Assembly: GCA_964019335.1 (NCBI GenBank)
Contig: OZ025668.1
Span: 434,001-498,000 of the forward strand
Direction of reading: 5' to 3'
Source of the DNA: Diplonema japonicum
Lineage: Eukaryota; Protista; Euglenozoa: Diplonemea
Length of the DNA stretch: 64,000 bases
Position numbers and translations under genes: made by a program. Every line of letters starts with the position of its first letter. Position 1 is the first letter of the stretch. Under the pieces are notes generated by a model. The model searched no databases, was not told where the DNA came from, and worked only from the letters and a program-made list of their open reading frames with translations. Below are positions 54,536 to 64,000 of this stretch, in pieces.

Positions 54536-57142
54536 TTACTCAGCTAAGTGGGGATCTGTCCCGTCAAATGTGAAATCTAAGGAAACCAGTTCCACTTCTT
54601 CCAACGCTGCGGATTCACGCAGATCGGCTTGGTTTTTATGTTCTGGCTTTTGTGAAAACCCCTTCCTGACCACGCCAAGGAGGAGGGAACAAGGACTCTC
54701 CACGATCACCCACAGCAACAGCGATATCACAAATGAGATCACAGCCGAAGCACACCAATTCCACACGACGCCGTAATCGGTATAACGCACAGGTCCACCT
54801 GTAGCTGCGGCCGCTGCATAAATAACAAGAGGGTGCACCAAGTAAACACCATAAGAGAGCTTTCCCAAAGGGTTCCACATAGGGTGAGACATTGCCCTGC
54901 GGACCACACCACCATGCCCCATGGCAAAGGGTATGCACAGCAACGATAGACCCAACCCCCAGCTGAACAGGTAGTATATGTTGAAGAGGTCGTAGTTCGC
55001 TTTGCTCCACGGTGTGTGCAGTTCCTCGTTGCTCTCTCTCTTGAAGAGGATGTACACTGCAGACAGCAACAGTGCGCAGGACGTTGTGTAGCACACCACA
55101 CGGATGCGGGACATCTTCGGTTGTGCTTGAGGGGTTTCATCAGAGTCGCTGTCGTGCAGCGGTTGTGACATGGATTCCTTCTCGTCTTGAGCAGAACGTC
55201 TGCATGGCACCCACTCCCACCCGTTATGCTCGTTGATATTCGCAAGGCATATCCCCGACAGCACGCCATACAGGTAGGGTGCCATTCGCAGGTGCGGCCT
55301 TACATAAGTCGAGTCCGTTCTGGTCAGATGCATGAAGTACCCCAAGGCCATGTTCAGCATGATTAACGCCACCAGCACGGCCACCGCCACCGCGCGAAGG
55401 TTCTTCCCGAGCTTCACGTACGGCAGCAGCAGGAACGGCAACGCTACCGAGTACTGGAAGTCCACTGACAAGTACCACAGCCACCCGAAGCACATCTCGT
55501 CCGGCCAGTCGAACAGATTCGCGATCATCAGTACATTACGCCACCAATACTTCTCGCACACATCTGACGATGGCGGCAGCATTAGGTTCCACCTGTAGGT
55601 ATCCCAATAAGGACCTGATCCCATATGCGGGACGACAAGGGTGCCCATCAGCATGGTGTACCCCATGAGCGGCACGATGCGGAGGTACCTAAGCACGCTT
55701 GAGAGTGCTATGGAACGGGCTGCTCTGCCCATGGTGTTGAACTTCTTTGGGGACTTCGCGACTACTGATAAGAAGATGCTGGTGCCCAGCAGTCCTGACA
55801 TGTAGAAGAAGGTGTCGACGGCTAGCTCGGTGGACACCACGGGTGCGGAGGGGACGGCAGCTAGCCTGTCAAGCTCGTAGCTTGGGTTCGAGAATCGTGG
55901 GCTGATAGAGTAAAAGAAATACGAGTGGCCCAAGACAATCCACAGCACACTGATGGTACGGACGCAGTCCAGAAAGCCTGTGGCCGACCCACGTGACAAC
56001 AAGAGCGAGTCCATCGAGCGTTGCACGTCCCAGCATGCCACGAGCCTCCATCTGCCGGAGCAAGACCCCACACACACCAATGCCAGCAGCACACCGCTCA
56101 GTGCCACAGACACCGCGAACCCAATTGAGAGTCCCGGTCCCTCCCCTTCGCACGTGACGGTCACATCATCGTAAAAGTAACCGTTCGACAGCTCTCTGAA
56201 AAAGTCTTTCAAGTCATCCGACCCACATGCCGCAGGGACGCAGATGAACAAGCTCTGGAACACGCTGCAGAAACGACTTCCATCTGAGACCTGCCTGCCG
56301 AGCTCGTAGCAGCTGCCGGTGTCGCCGTACCACCCGCCTTTGATAAGACTGCCCATCCAGTCCCTGTATGAGAGCTCTGTTGTCCCCGTGGAGTACTGGT
56401 AGTACGGGTTGGCACGGAAGGCTCTGCAGTGTTGTGCGTTGCCCTGTCTGGGCGGGCAGGCCCCGCAAGTGTTTTTACAGTAGTTCGAGACAAGGCTGCC
56501 TTTGGGTAAAGAAGCGTTGTCTGCGTGGAAGTCGTATTTACAGCCGAAGTTGAAGGCGAGCTTGCCGCAGTCGGTGCCGTAGGCAGACATGTCTGAGTCA
56601 CGACAGTAGGCAGGGTCTTGGGGAGTGCAGGCACCACATGTAGCACGACAGAAGGTCCAAACGGAGTTATCTGCGTTGGAGAAACTGCCGCACCCATAGG
56701 CGGCGGTGAGAGAGGCGCAGTCTTGATCGGGAGGAAGTATGCCTTCCGGGTCGTCAAGACACTGTGAAGAGGCAGGATGCGGAGGGGTCGGGCAGTTCTG
56801 GCAAGTCTTTCTGCACAATGCATTCACCGTGGTGTTGACTGTCCCATTTGCCACGATAGCATCGCAAGCATTTGCTTCCAGAAGTACACCACATTGAGGA
56901 GCATCCACGCACTCCCCACCACCCTCCCACCACGGACAGTTGTAACAAGACTTCCTACACACCTCCCCAATCATCATCGAAGAAGGTGCTTGCAATATAT
57001 GCTTGCTCAACTGTTCCCAACAAACGCTCAATTCCGTCCCGTTTTGTGTCAATCCTTCACATGTCGCGCCCGACTTCCATAACCATCCTTTGGGGTCATC
57101 AAGACAGGCAAGGCTAAGGTGCACAATGAAGTGCAGCAGCAT
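54536..57142 (-). CDS. Acyltransferase-3 (NRF-6-like) membrane protein with four N-terminal ShKT-like repeats
   Basis: FLDCVRTISVLWIVLGH, AVDTFFYMSG, RYLRI, WYLSVDFQ and LSYGVYLVHP. Repeats CRKSCYNC, CRKTCQNC, CRATCGAC and CKNTCGAC. Start taken at MLLHFIV. Confidence 0.88.
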   Translation of the reverse strand: MLLHFIVHLSLACLDDPKGWLWKSGATCEGLTQNGTELSVCWEQLSKHILQAPSSMMIGEVCRKSCYNCPWWEGGGECVDAPQCGVLLEANACDAIVANGTVNTTVNALCRKTCQNCPTPPHPASSQCLDDPEGILPPDQDCASLTAAYGCGSFSNADNSVWTFCRATCGACTPQDPAYCRDSDMSAYGTDCGKLAFNFGCKYDFHADNASLPKGSLVSNYCKNTCGACPPRQGNAQHCRAFRANPYYQYSTGTTELSYRDWMGSLIKGGWYGDTGSCYELGRQVSDGSRFCSVFQSLFICVPAACGSDDLKDFFRELSNGYFYDDVTVTCEGEGPGLSIGFAVSVALSGVLLALVCVGSCSGRWRLVACWDVQRSMDSLLLSRGSATGFLDCVRTISVLWIVLGHSYFFYSISPRFSNPSYELDRLAAVPSAPVVSTELAVDTFFYMSGLLGTSIFLSVVAKSPKKFNTMGRAARSIALSSVLRYLRIVPLMGYTMLMGTLVVPHMGSGPYWDTYRWNLMLPPSSDVCEKYWWRNVLMIANLFDWPDEMCFGWLWYLSVDFQYSVALPFLLLPYVKLGKNLRAVAVAVLVALIMLNMALGYFMHLTRTDSTYVRPHLRMAPYLYGVLSGICLANINEHNGWEWVPCRRSAQDEKESMSQPLHDSDSDETPQAQPKMSRIRVVCYTTSCALLLSAVYILFKRESNEELHTPWSKANYDLFNIYYLFSWGLGLSLLCIPFAMGHGGVVRRAMSHPMWNPLGKLSYGVYLVHPLVIYAAAAATGGPVRYTDYGVVWNWCASAVISFVISLLLWVIVESPCSLLLGVVRKGFSQKPEHKNQADLRESAALEEVELVSLDFTFDGTDPHLAE

Positions 57143-57239
57143 GCCTTCCGACAAATGGCTCCTGGGATAAAATGGGTGTCTTAGACAAAGAAATAAAAGG
57201 AGAAAAAAAAATAAATAGAAATTCAATAAAATATAGGGG

Positions 57240-57428
57240 TTTCTAAATTGGGGGTCAAAATTGTGCCCTGGAGTCGGTTTTTCAAAACACCCCTTGTACC
57301 CGTAGGACGCTCGATTCGGCGGTTTTTTCATGACACCTCGCACCCCTATGCTTTCGTGATATATGGTGATCACAACCTCTGGGCCATCAAGTGTTACTAG
57401 GGCACAAATTTGACCCTCTATTTAGAAA
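57240..57428. mobile_element. MITE-like element with 32-bp imperfect inverted termini
   Basis: 57240-57271 versus the reverse complement of 57397-57428 matches at 28/32 positions. Confidence 0.65.
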
Positions 57429-57453
57429 TTCTCCCCCAAAAAAAAACCTTCTT

Positions 57454-58950
57454 TTAATCGCTCTCCCATCCAGGTGCAGTGCTGACGATGTCGTGGAGGG
57501 TTTGCCATTTTTTGCCTGAAGCCTCCATTTTTTCGCGTATGTTCTGCGGCGGTGGACGGTTGGACATCTTGGCTCTTCCTGTAAAGGAAAACATCCCACT
57601 GTCGTAACGGACACTGTGCTGTATCGCAGCCTCGGGCGAAGGAGGCATGCACGGGAAAGGCGTAGGGGACCGCAGCAACCTCGACTCCCTCAACGTCTTC
57701 CAAGGAATGTGGACCCGGGCCCTCTCCGGGATGGTTCCCCGTGCCAAGACACTTCTCCTTTTCCTCCCCCTTTTCGGTGGTTCCTTACATTTCTTTTTCC
57801 CAATAACAGGTGGCATGGGGGAATATCTCAAAACTGCATCAGCGGTCGGCGACATCGGGCGTTCTTCAGGCGTAACAAACAGGTTTAAATCACTGGCTTC
57901 TTGTTTTGCTTTAACATGACAAGGCAGAGCGTCTATCCAATTCACTCTGGACCTGCTGCGTTCTCCTCGTTCTCTCGGCGGGGGTGCTGGTGAGGGTGAA
58001 GGTGAAGGTGTTGCCCTTCTCGTCTTGGCAACCTGTTTTTTCACGAAAGATTCCCGGTACCGCGATCTGGTAACCCATGACACAATGCAGCTCAAATCAC
58101 CATTATGCAGCTGATTATGACCGCGCAGTGTTTGAAAGGCCGTTTCATTAGGCCTGGCGGGAGAGATCGGCTCCGGGTAATCTTGTGAGGGGACAATGTT
58201 GTACTCCTTGCAGTGATAATACCCCTTCAAGTACATCTCGAACTTATTCTCCGCAGGCGGTGCGGGCTTAGACGATATCCGTGAATACCCAACGACCTCT
58301 GCGTACGACAACGCTGTGGTGTAGTGCCTGTGGTTATGGTACCGCTTCGGGGCTACTTTAAAAACCCCCCTGCAGATATTAACGAACCCGCGTAGGGCGA
58401 TGGGGTTCATAAACCTGTCACCGTACCTCCGCACTAAGGGGGCGATCTTCAACAGGCACATGGAGAGGAGTTCGTTGTCGTAAGTGGTCATCTTCCCTAA
58501 GGCCGAGATGGTCACGACATCTTTGTATTCCACAATTTTCTTGTCGTCTTCTATCCTGCGCTGCAAGGCGTGTTGCATCGCAAGCCTGTGCACCGCCACT
58601 GCCGATTGTCTTGTTTTGCATTTGTTCACCGTGTTTTCCAGTTTTTTGGCGATTTTCTCTATCCTTCCGCGGCGTACTGTCGCGTATGTCTGCACGGAGG
58701 AGATGACTTTCCGCAGAGCGAAGCGCATTCTTTTCAAGCACAGCTCGATGCGGCGCCCGCGCAGGTCCTTCAAGTACAGCAGCAGGAGTTCCCTTGCACA
58801 TGAAACCATGAACACATTCGGCAGCGGCCTTTTCAACAGGCAGAATTGGATGTAGTCCACTGTCATGTACTTCTTGCTGTACTCTGCAAACTGCCTCGTC
58901 GTCAGCCATTGCCAGTTGCTGCTGAAGCACAACCGCTTTTCTGACGACAT
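57454..58950 (-). CDS. Basic hypothetical protein
   Basis: About 500-aa ORF on the cluster strand; first ATG at 58950 (MSSEKR); the start is uncertain. Confidence 0.65.
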   Translation of the reverse strand: MSSEKRLCFSSNWQWLTTRQFAEYSKKYMTVDYIQFCLLKRPLPNVFMVSCARELLLLYLKDLRGRRIELCLKRMRFALRKVISSVQTYATVRRGRIEKIAKKLENTVNKCKTRQSAVAVHRLAMQHALQRRIEDDKKIVEYKDVVTISALGKMTTYDNELLSMCLLKIAPLVRRYGDRFMNPIALRGFVNICRGVFKVAPKRYHNHRHYTTALSYAEVVGYSRISSKPAPPAENKFEMYLKGYYHCKEYNIVPSQDYPEPISPARPNETAFQTLRGHNQLHNGDLSCIVSWVTRSRYRESFVKKQVAKTRRATPSPSPSPAPPPRERGERSRSRVNWIDALPCHVKAKQEASDLNLFVTPEERPMSPTADAVLRYSPMPPVIGKKKCKEPPKRGRKRRSVLARGTIPERARVHIPWKTLRESRLLRSPTPFPCMPPSPEAAIQHSVRYDSGMFSFTGRAKMSNRPPPQNIREKMEASGKKWQTLHDIVSTAPGWESD

Positions 58951-59116
58951 GTCCTGCAGCTTGCGATGATGACCATTTGTCAAACACCCCTCCCTCCCTC
59001 CCTGTGAGTATTATCGGCGTTAAAAAGCAAAAAAAGAAAAAAAAATGGGAAAAAACCCCCAGCAAAAACCGCGGGGTTTCTTTTTTTTTTTTTTTTTTTC
59101 CCTTCCCCCTCCCCCC

Positions 59117-59773
59117 TCATAGATCCTTCGTTTTGCTGAGTTCGTAAGAAGCTTGTATTTCAGTTGCTGTCATACCGGACCGGCTGGCAAGCCTTCGTGC
59201 TGCAGCAAAAAGTGCCACAACCTCTGCGTCCACCGGTCCGGGTGGGGCGCTGACAGGCTGCGGGGAAGGAACACGAGGGAAGAGCGAAGCACAGCGGGCT
59301 TCCAAGGCTTGTACCTGAAGATCCCCCGCCTCAGAGATGGAATTAGAAATGGCCACTCGGAGTATGGGGTTGGTCACAATATACCGAAGTTCGAAATCGA
59401 TGGAACAAGACGAAGAGTCAAGCGGTGTGAGCTTCCAACTGCTGGTGAGAAGGGAAAATGTAGATGAGTCTAGCGCTTCACTTGTTACTTCTTCGTGTGG
59501 CACCGCCCGTACTTTTGATGTGTATTCTTCACTGTACATGCTGAAGCCTACTTTTAGTTTCGCCTCGAAGTCCTCTCCTTCCTTATTCACCTTTGTGACT
59601 TTGCTCTCTGTCACATACGGGAGGAACTCGCTGTACTTCGCCACGTCCCGTACAGTCGCAAACACATCCTTCGCATTAAAGCCCACCACCTTCTTTTTGT
59701 GATATTCCATCGCCTGCTCCCCACCCCCCAACACATCAAAGACTCCTTGTACTACCCACGTCCTTCGCAACAT
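59117..59773 (-). CDS. COQ10: Coenzyme Q-binding protein COQ10 (START/polyketide cyclase fold)
   Basis: VRDVAKYSEFLPY, AKLKVGF...EEYTSKV and LTSSWKL; MLRR start suggests mitochondrial targeting. Confidence 0.85.
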   Translation of the reverse strand: MLRRTWVVQGVFDVLGGGEQAMEYHKKKVVGFNAKDVFATVRDVAKYSEFLPYVTESKVTKVNKEGEDFEAKLKVGFSMYSEEYTSKVRAVPHEEVTSEALDSSTFSLLTSSWKLTPLDSSSCSIDFELRYIVTNPILRVAISNSISEAGDLQVQALEARCASLFPRVPSPQPVSAPPGPVDAEVVALFAAARRLASRSGMTATEIQASYELSKTKDL

Positions 59774-60521
59774 TGATGAATCCTTCTTGTTTCCTTCGGG
59801 TATTGATTAGGTTTGGGGATAAAGGGGAAGAAAGAGAAAAAAGTGGGGGGGGGGACAGAGTGGGTCTAAAAGAAGGGAAGGGGGGGGGTTTCATATACTA
59901 TACTGACATAAGAAAAAAAAAAAAAAAATCGATTCCCCACCTTAGTGAAAGAAAGGAGGGCAATAGCGGAAAAAGAAAAGGGCGAATAACAAGAATACAG
60001 GAAACACACAACACACAGCACCAAATTTTAGGGGGGGGGGGAGATGGTGCGAAATGTACATTCTTCCAGTGCAGGTCAACTTGGGGAGGGCGGGGAATGG
60101 GGGGGGGGGAAGCGGAAAAGAAAAGAAAAGAAAAGTTGGCGGTTTGTCATGTGCAAAGTCGGGGCATTTTTTTTGTCCTGCAGAAAGGTAAAAAGCCGAA
60201 CAACCTGCCTCGACTTAGCAAATAACAATTCATTTACAATTACTTTTTGTCTTTCTTTCTTGTTCGAGTAGAAGGTTCACTATGATGGGGGAAGAATGTG
60301 CTCCCCCTCCCTCCTTCTTTTTGTGCAACGACCCCAACCCCACATCACTACCGCAAAGAGAAAAAAAAAAAAAAAAAAAAACAGAGGAAAAAGAAATCTA
60401 TTGTAAGATACAGCACAAACATGAGAAGAAAACAAAAACAATGAAACTCTACTCCCCCCCTCTTTTTTTTTCTATTTTTTTTCTCTCTCTCTCTCTTTTT
60501 GTTTTCTCTCTCACCAACCTT

Positions 60522-61565
60522 TCAAACAAGGGGGTCAAGCTTTGCTCCGAAGGACTTTGCGCTTTCAGAGGGAGCGATCGCAGAATCATGCCGGGGCTCG
60601 CTGTATTCAAAGGGCAGGGATTTGAACGGGGACTGCCCATGGCTAGAATTGATAGAATTTTGAATCGGGGGTGGCAGGTTGATGAGAGGAGAGCTCGGCC
60701 GGGAACTAACCTGCCGCAAAGCAGAGATCTTTAAAGGTCCCTCAAGATCGGGGTTCGCATGGAAGGAAGCAGGTGCGGGGAGCGGCTGGGGGTAGTTCCC
60801 CGAAGCCTCGGTTAAAGGCGAAGGCGGGTCCTTCGGGATTCCAACAATAGCCATTTCACTACCATTCTCCTGCACATTCCCAAGGGGTTCCACATGCCGA
60901 AGTTCGGTGAACATCCTTGGTTTAGAATCACCATCAATCATCACCCACACTCCATTCTCCTCAGGGTCGTTGCTTGTTACAACACCCCTCTCCCATTGTA
61001 ACGATTCCAAACCCTCTCTGACTTCAACTGAATCCCCTGGTTTGAATTCTTCAATAGGTTCTTCTCGAAGCTCATAAGGACGGCCTAGCTCATGCTCAGG
61101 AGGGCCTGAAGCAGCACCGCCCATATTGAACTTTCTCATTATGAGACATGCTATCATCATCACGCAGAGACCTGCGGCAATGCCGATGATTAACCATAAC
61201 CACCCATCCAGTCCACCCCATTTGTCATCAGAAGATCCAGGAGGGGGTGCCGGTGTTGGTGGTATAGGGCAACAGTCGGCGCTGTAATTCAGCGAAAGCG
61301 ACATTGTCATGGTGGGTGTCCTTGTTGCGTTTTCGCTGGTGTTCCCCGCGGTTGCATTTCCTAGGTCGTCTTCGATGTAAGTAGGTATGTCGCTGTCGTT
61401 CACCTCCGTTCCGTTGTCTGCAGGCGGACACAAGCACAAAACCTGCACTGTTTCAGTTGGGAGGGTTGTAATCGTTGTGGTGATCGTTCTCGTTGCATTT
61501 GTCGTATTAACTTGCCCTGCTGCGGCAGGGGCGAGCACCATGATAGCCATAAAGACCTTATGCAT
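60522..61565 (-). CDS. Type I membrane protein with Thr/Asn-rich ectodomain and cytosolic Tudor/Agenet-like module
   Basis: Signal peptide MHKVFMAIMVLAPAAAG, TM WLIIGIAAGLCVMMIACLIM and FKPGDSVEVR...WERGVVT. Confidence 0.75.
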   Translation of the reverse strand: MHKVFMAIMVLAPAAAGQVNTTNATRTITTTITTLPTETVQVLCLCPPADNGTEVNDSDIPTYIEDDLGNATAGNTSENATRTPTMTMSLSLNYSADCCPIPPTPAPPPGSSDDKWGGLDGWLWLIIGIAAGLCVMMIACLIMRKFNMGGAASGPPEHELGRPYELREEPIEEFKPGDSVEVREGLESLQWERGVVTSNDPEENGVWVMIDGDSKPRMFTELRHVEPLGNVQENGSEMAIVGIPKDPPSPLTEASGNYPQPLPAPASFHANPDLEGPLKISALRQVSSRPSSPLINLPPPIQNSINSSHGQSPFKSLPFEYSEPRHDSAIAPSESAKSFGAKLDPLV

Positions 61566-61737
61566 TTTTTTTTTGTCGCCCCCCCGATCACCACCCTCCC
61601 CTCTTTTTTTTTTTTTTTTGTAATGACATGGGATACAGATAGAAAAGAGGAACAAAAGAACAGAAGGAAAGGGGGAGAAAAAAAAATATTGTTTTCTACC
61701 GGCCGGATTGAATTTAGTCGGCTAAGAAAGAAAGATG

Positions 61738-61791
<54 letters not shown>

Positions 61792-62176
61792 ACACACATG
61801 CGTTATTTTTTTTTTTTTGAAATTGGTAAATTGAAATAGTTAAAAATCGTTTTTTGAAAGATAAATATTTGTAACAACAAAAAAAAAAAAAAAAAAAAAA
61901 AAACGCAAGCTGAAAAGTATCAAATGTCACTCGCAGCAACAGGTATGCAGAAACACTCTCTTCTTCTTCTTTTTTTATTTATTTTTTTTTTTCACTTCAA
62001 CGACCGGGAAAAAAGATGGAATGGAGGAATATTTTATCTTTTCTTTCTGTTTTTTTTTTCTTTTCCTCCCCCTTTTTATTTTCCCTTTTGCCCCCCCCCC
62101 CCCCCGTTTTCTGTTAAAATTCTCACATCGCCGGCAGCGACTGCGGTAAAACAGGAGGGGGGAGGAAGAAACCCAC

Positions 62177-62860
62177 TCACAGCTTCTTCAATGCTTTCGT
62201 AGCATCTTCCTTCTGCTGCTCTTGCTTCGCCGATACGGGACTGATCTTAGACACCTCTGTGTAGTACTTCCTTGCTTCTTCCTTGTTCTTGAGAGCCACG
62301 TAGCAATCCCCGAGGAGGAGGTTGTTTGTCGGGTTGTCAGAACGGAGCTCGTAAGACTTAAGGAGGTAAGGAAGAGCAGTTTCATAAGTAGAAGAAGGAG
62401 GGTCCGCAAAAAAAGTCTTGGCAAGCTGACGAGTGGTCCATGAAACAGAAGAAACACTGCAATGCCAAGCACCAATTACATGCTGGGATGTGCTGTCCTC
62501 AGGGTTCAGCTCAGCAGCCTTTGTGGCCCAGTCCCTGATGGTGTAAGCTGACTTGATCTTTTCGGTGGTGCTGACAAGGTCCCCCATCTTGCCAAGAAGG
62601 ACGGAGGCCCACTTGAACCCTTCAGCACAATTTCCGTGTTTCTCCATGCACACCTTCGCCTTCTCCAAACCCTCTTCAAAAAGTTTTTTCTTCTCCTCTT
62701 TGTTTTCCTTCTCGCACCCGTAGTCGTAACACGCTCTGGCAAACCACCACAGTGCCTCGACATCTTCAGGGTTCTTCTCCACCACGTCCTTCGTCACCTC
62801 ATACACCTCCTGGTACTTGTGAGCCTCGTACAGCTTACCAGCCGCTGCGAGAATGGACAT
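62177..62860 (-). CDS. Regulator of microtubule dynamics (RMDN1-like) TPR protein
   Basis: LWWFARACY, FKWASVLLG, KAAELNPED...HVIGAW and FADPPSSTYETAL. Confidence 0.85.
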   Translation of the reverse strand: MSILAAAGKLYEAHKYQEVYEVTKDVVEKNPEDVEALWWFARACYDYGCEKENKEEKKKLFEEGLEKAKVCMEKHGNCAEGFKWASVLLGKMGDLVSTTEKIKSAYTIRDWATKAAELNPEDSTSQHVIGAWHCSVSSVSWTTRQLAKTFFADPPSSTYETALPYLLKSYELRSDNPTNNLLLGDCYVALKNKEEARKYYTEVSKISPVSAKQEQQKEDATKALKKL

Positions 62861-62934
62861 TATTATTTTATTTTTTTTTTAATATAGAAGAAAAAAAAAA
62901 GGGGTGCTGTGTGGTGTGGGCGTACGACATAATA

Positions 62935-62980
<46 letters not shown>

Positions 62981-63260
62981 TAATGCTACATGTTTTGAGG
63001 AAGGAGGGGCGGGGGATGGGGAGAACATAATCAGATGTTACCGGTTGGTACCACGAGTAAGGGGAAACAAAAATAAAAACAAGAAAAAAAAAAAACCAAA
63101 AAAGAAAACGGGTGAGATCAGTCCGTTCACTAGACGCCTTTTCGCCCCCCCGTGTCTTTTGGCATCTACACTCTGAGCAACGACATCAGCACAGGAAAAC
63201 AACAAGAAAAAAAAAATAACAAACAACAAGATTTTTCTTTTTTTTTTTTTTTTTTTTTTT

Positions 63261-64000
63261 TCACCCAAGCTTCTGTTTCGCTTCCTTCTGCAGCTGTTTC
63301 TCTAAGTTTGATGATGGTGAAATACCCGCAACCTTACCGTACCAAATCGTAGCTTCTTTTTTGTTGTGCATTGCACTATAAGTATCACCAAGGAGAAGCT
63401 GGTTCGTGGGGTTTCCGGCATTAAGAGCTTCGCTGCGGAGAAGGAGGGGCAACGCATTCTCAAAAGACGAGGTCGGGGGTGTACCGAAGATGGCTTCTGC
63501 CAGCTTTCGTTGTGTCCAGGAAATGGCTGCGACATTGTAGTGCCAGGCACCAAGGACATGGAAGGACGTGGCATCGGTGGGATCGAGCTCGCAAGCTTTG
63601 TCAGCGTACTCCTTAATGAGGTAGGTGTTCTTGATCTTATCGCTGGTGCTGATCAAGTCTCCAAGGACGCCCAACAGAACAGCGGACCACTTCCAACCCC
63701 CAGCCACGCTTGGATAGTTGGTCCTGCAAGTTTTTGCCTTGGCAAGGCCCTCTTGAAACATCTTCTTCTTCTTCTCCTTTTCGTGTCCTTGCATTTCGCA
63801 ACCCATTTCGTAGCAAGAGCGGGCGTACCACCATAGCACCTCGGAGTTTTCATCTTTTAAAACAAGCTCTGTGAGCTTTGCGTGCATTTCCGGGATTTTA
63901 AGTTTTCCTTGCATATGCCGCAGGTCGCCCAGAATATCTTCATCATGTGTTGGGGTGACGGTGGAATTAACAGAATGTTGTTGGGTGTTGACCGATGCAG
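63261..64000 (-). CDS. RMDN1-like paralog (5' end beyond the window)
   Basis: Same motifs as 62177-62860; the frame stays open upstream of 63914 to the window edge. Confidence 0.85.
   Translation of the reverse strand, partial: ASVNTQQHSVNSTVTPTHDEDILGDLRHMQGKLKIPEMHAKLTELVLKDENSEVLWWYARSCYEMGCEMQGHEKEKKKKMFQEGLAKAKTCRTNYPSVAGGWKWSAVLLGVLGDLISTSDKIKNTYLIKEYADKACELDPTDATSFHVLGAWHYNVAAISWTQRKLAEAIFGTPPTSSFENALPLLLRSEALNAGNPTNQLLLGDTYSAMHNKKEATIWYGKVAGISPSSNLEKQLQKEAKQKLG

Noticed and set aside
57143-57373. N-terminal ORF extensions (also 18322-18576, 36291-36563, 61566-61655)
   Set aside because: They run through MITEs or homopolymers; downstream ATGs give proper signal or TM starts.
1-64000. 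tRNA, rRNA or snoRNA genes
   Set aside because: None recognised by eye; a covariance-model scan would be needed to exclude them.

Overview
This is eukaryotic genomic DNA, very probably from a diplonemid (Euglenozoa). A 37-nt copy of the diplonemid-type spliced-leader (SL) exon sits at 5247-5283 (- strand), and all ~23 credible protein genes lie head-to-tail on the - strand, as in a directional gene cluster. Recognisable products are an ion-transport-domain adenylyl cyclase, a PDE12-like nuclease, VPS26C, a tandem-domain RpiB, an SGNH-type protein, a ~2850-aa Ig/ASH-repeat protein, a PUF protein, a cytochrome-b5 desaturase, a WDPCP-like protein, an ankyrin protein, an EVE protein, a ShKT-like/acyltransferase-3 protein, COQ10 and two RMDN1-like paralogs. 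Eleven GT-AG introns were resolved by hand. Ten are 35-56 nt with purine-rich 3' ends. The homopolymer-rich intergenic DNA holds many mobile remnants: piggyBac, a TIR element with a decayed Cys-rich transposase, a TA-flanked TIR element carrying a gene fragment, several MITEs, LINE fragments and short dispersed repeats. The most striking item is a 1.35-kb non-LTR retroelement remnant inserted in the T-tract of the eleventh intron. It starts with the SL exon minus its first 2 nt, has a 5' UTR complementary to the SL 3' end, and encodes an OTU-like protease domain fused to an APE-endonuclease fragment. A LINE family with a conserved 3' stem-loop (loop CACATAC) also appears as ~40-bp stand-alone copies between T-tracts. 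All homology calls come from motif recognition by eye; no database searches were run.
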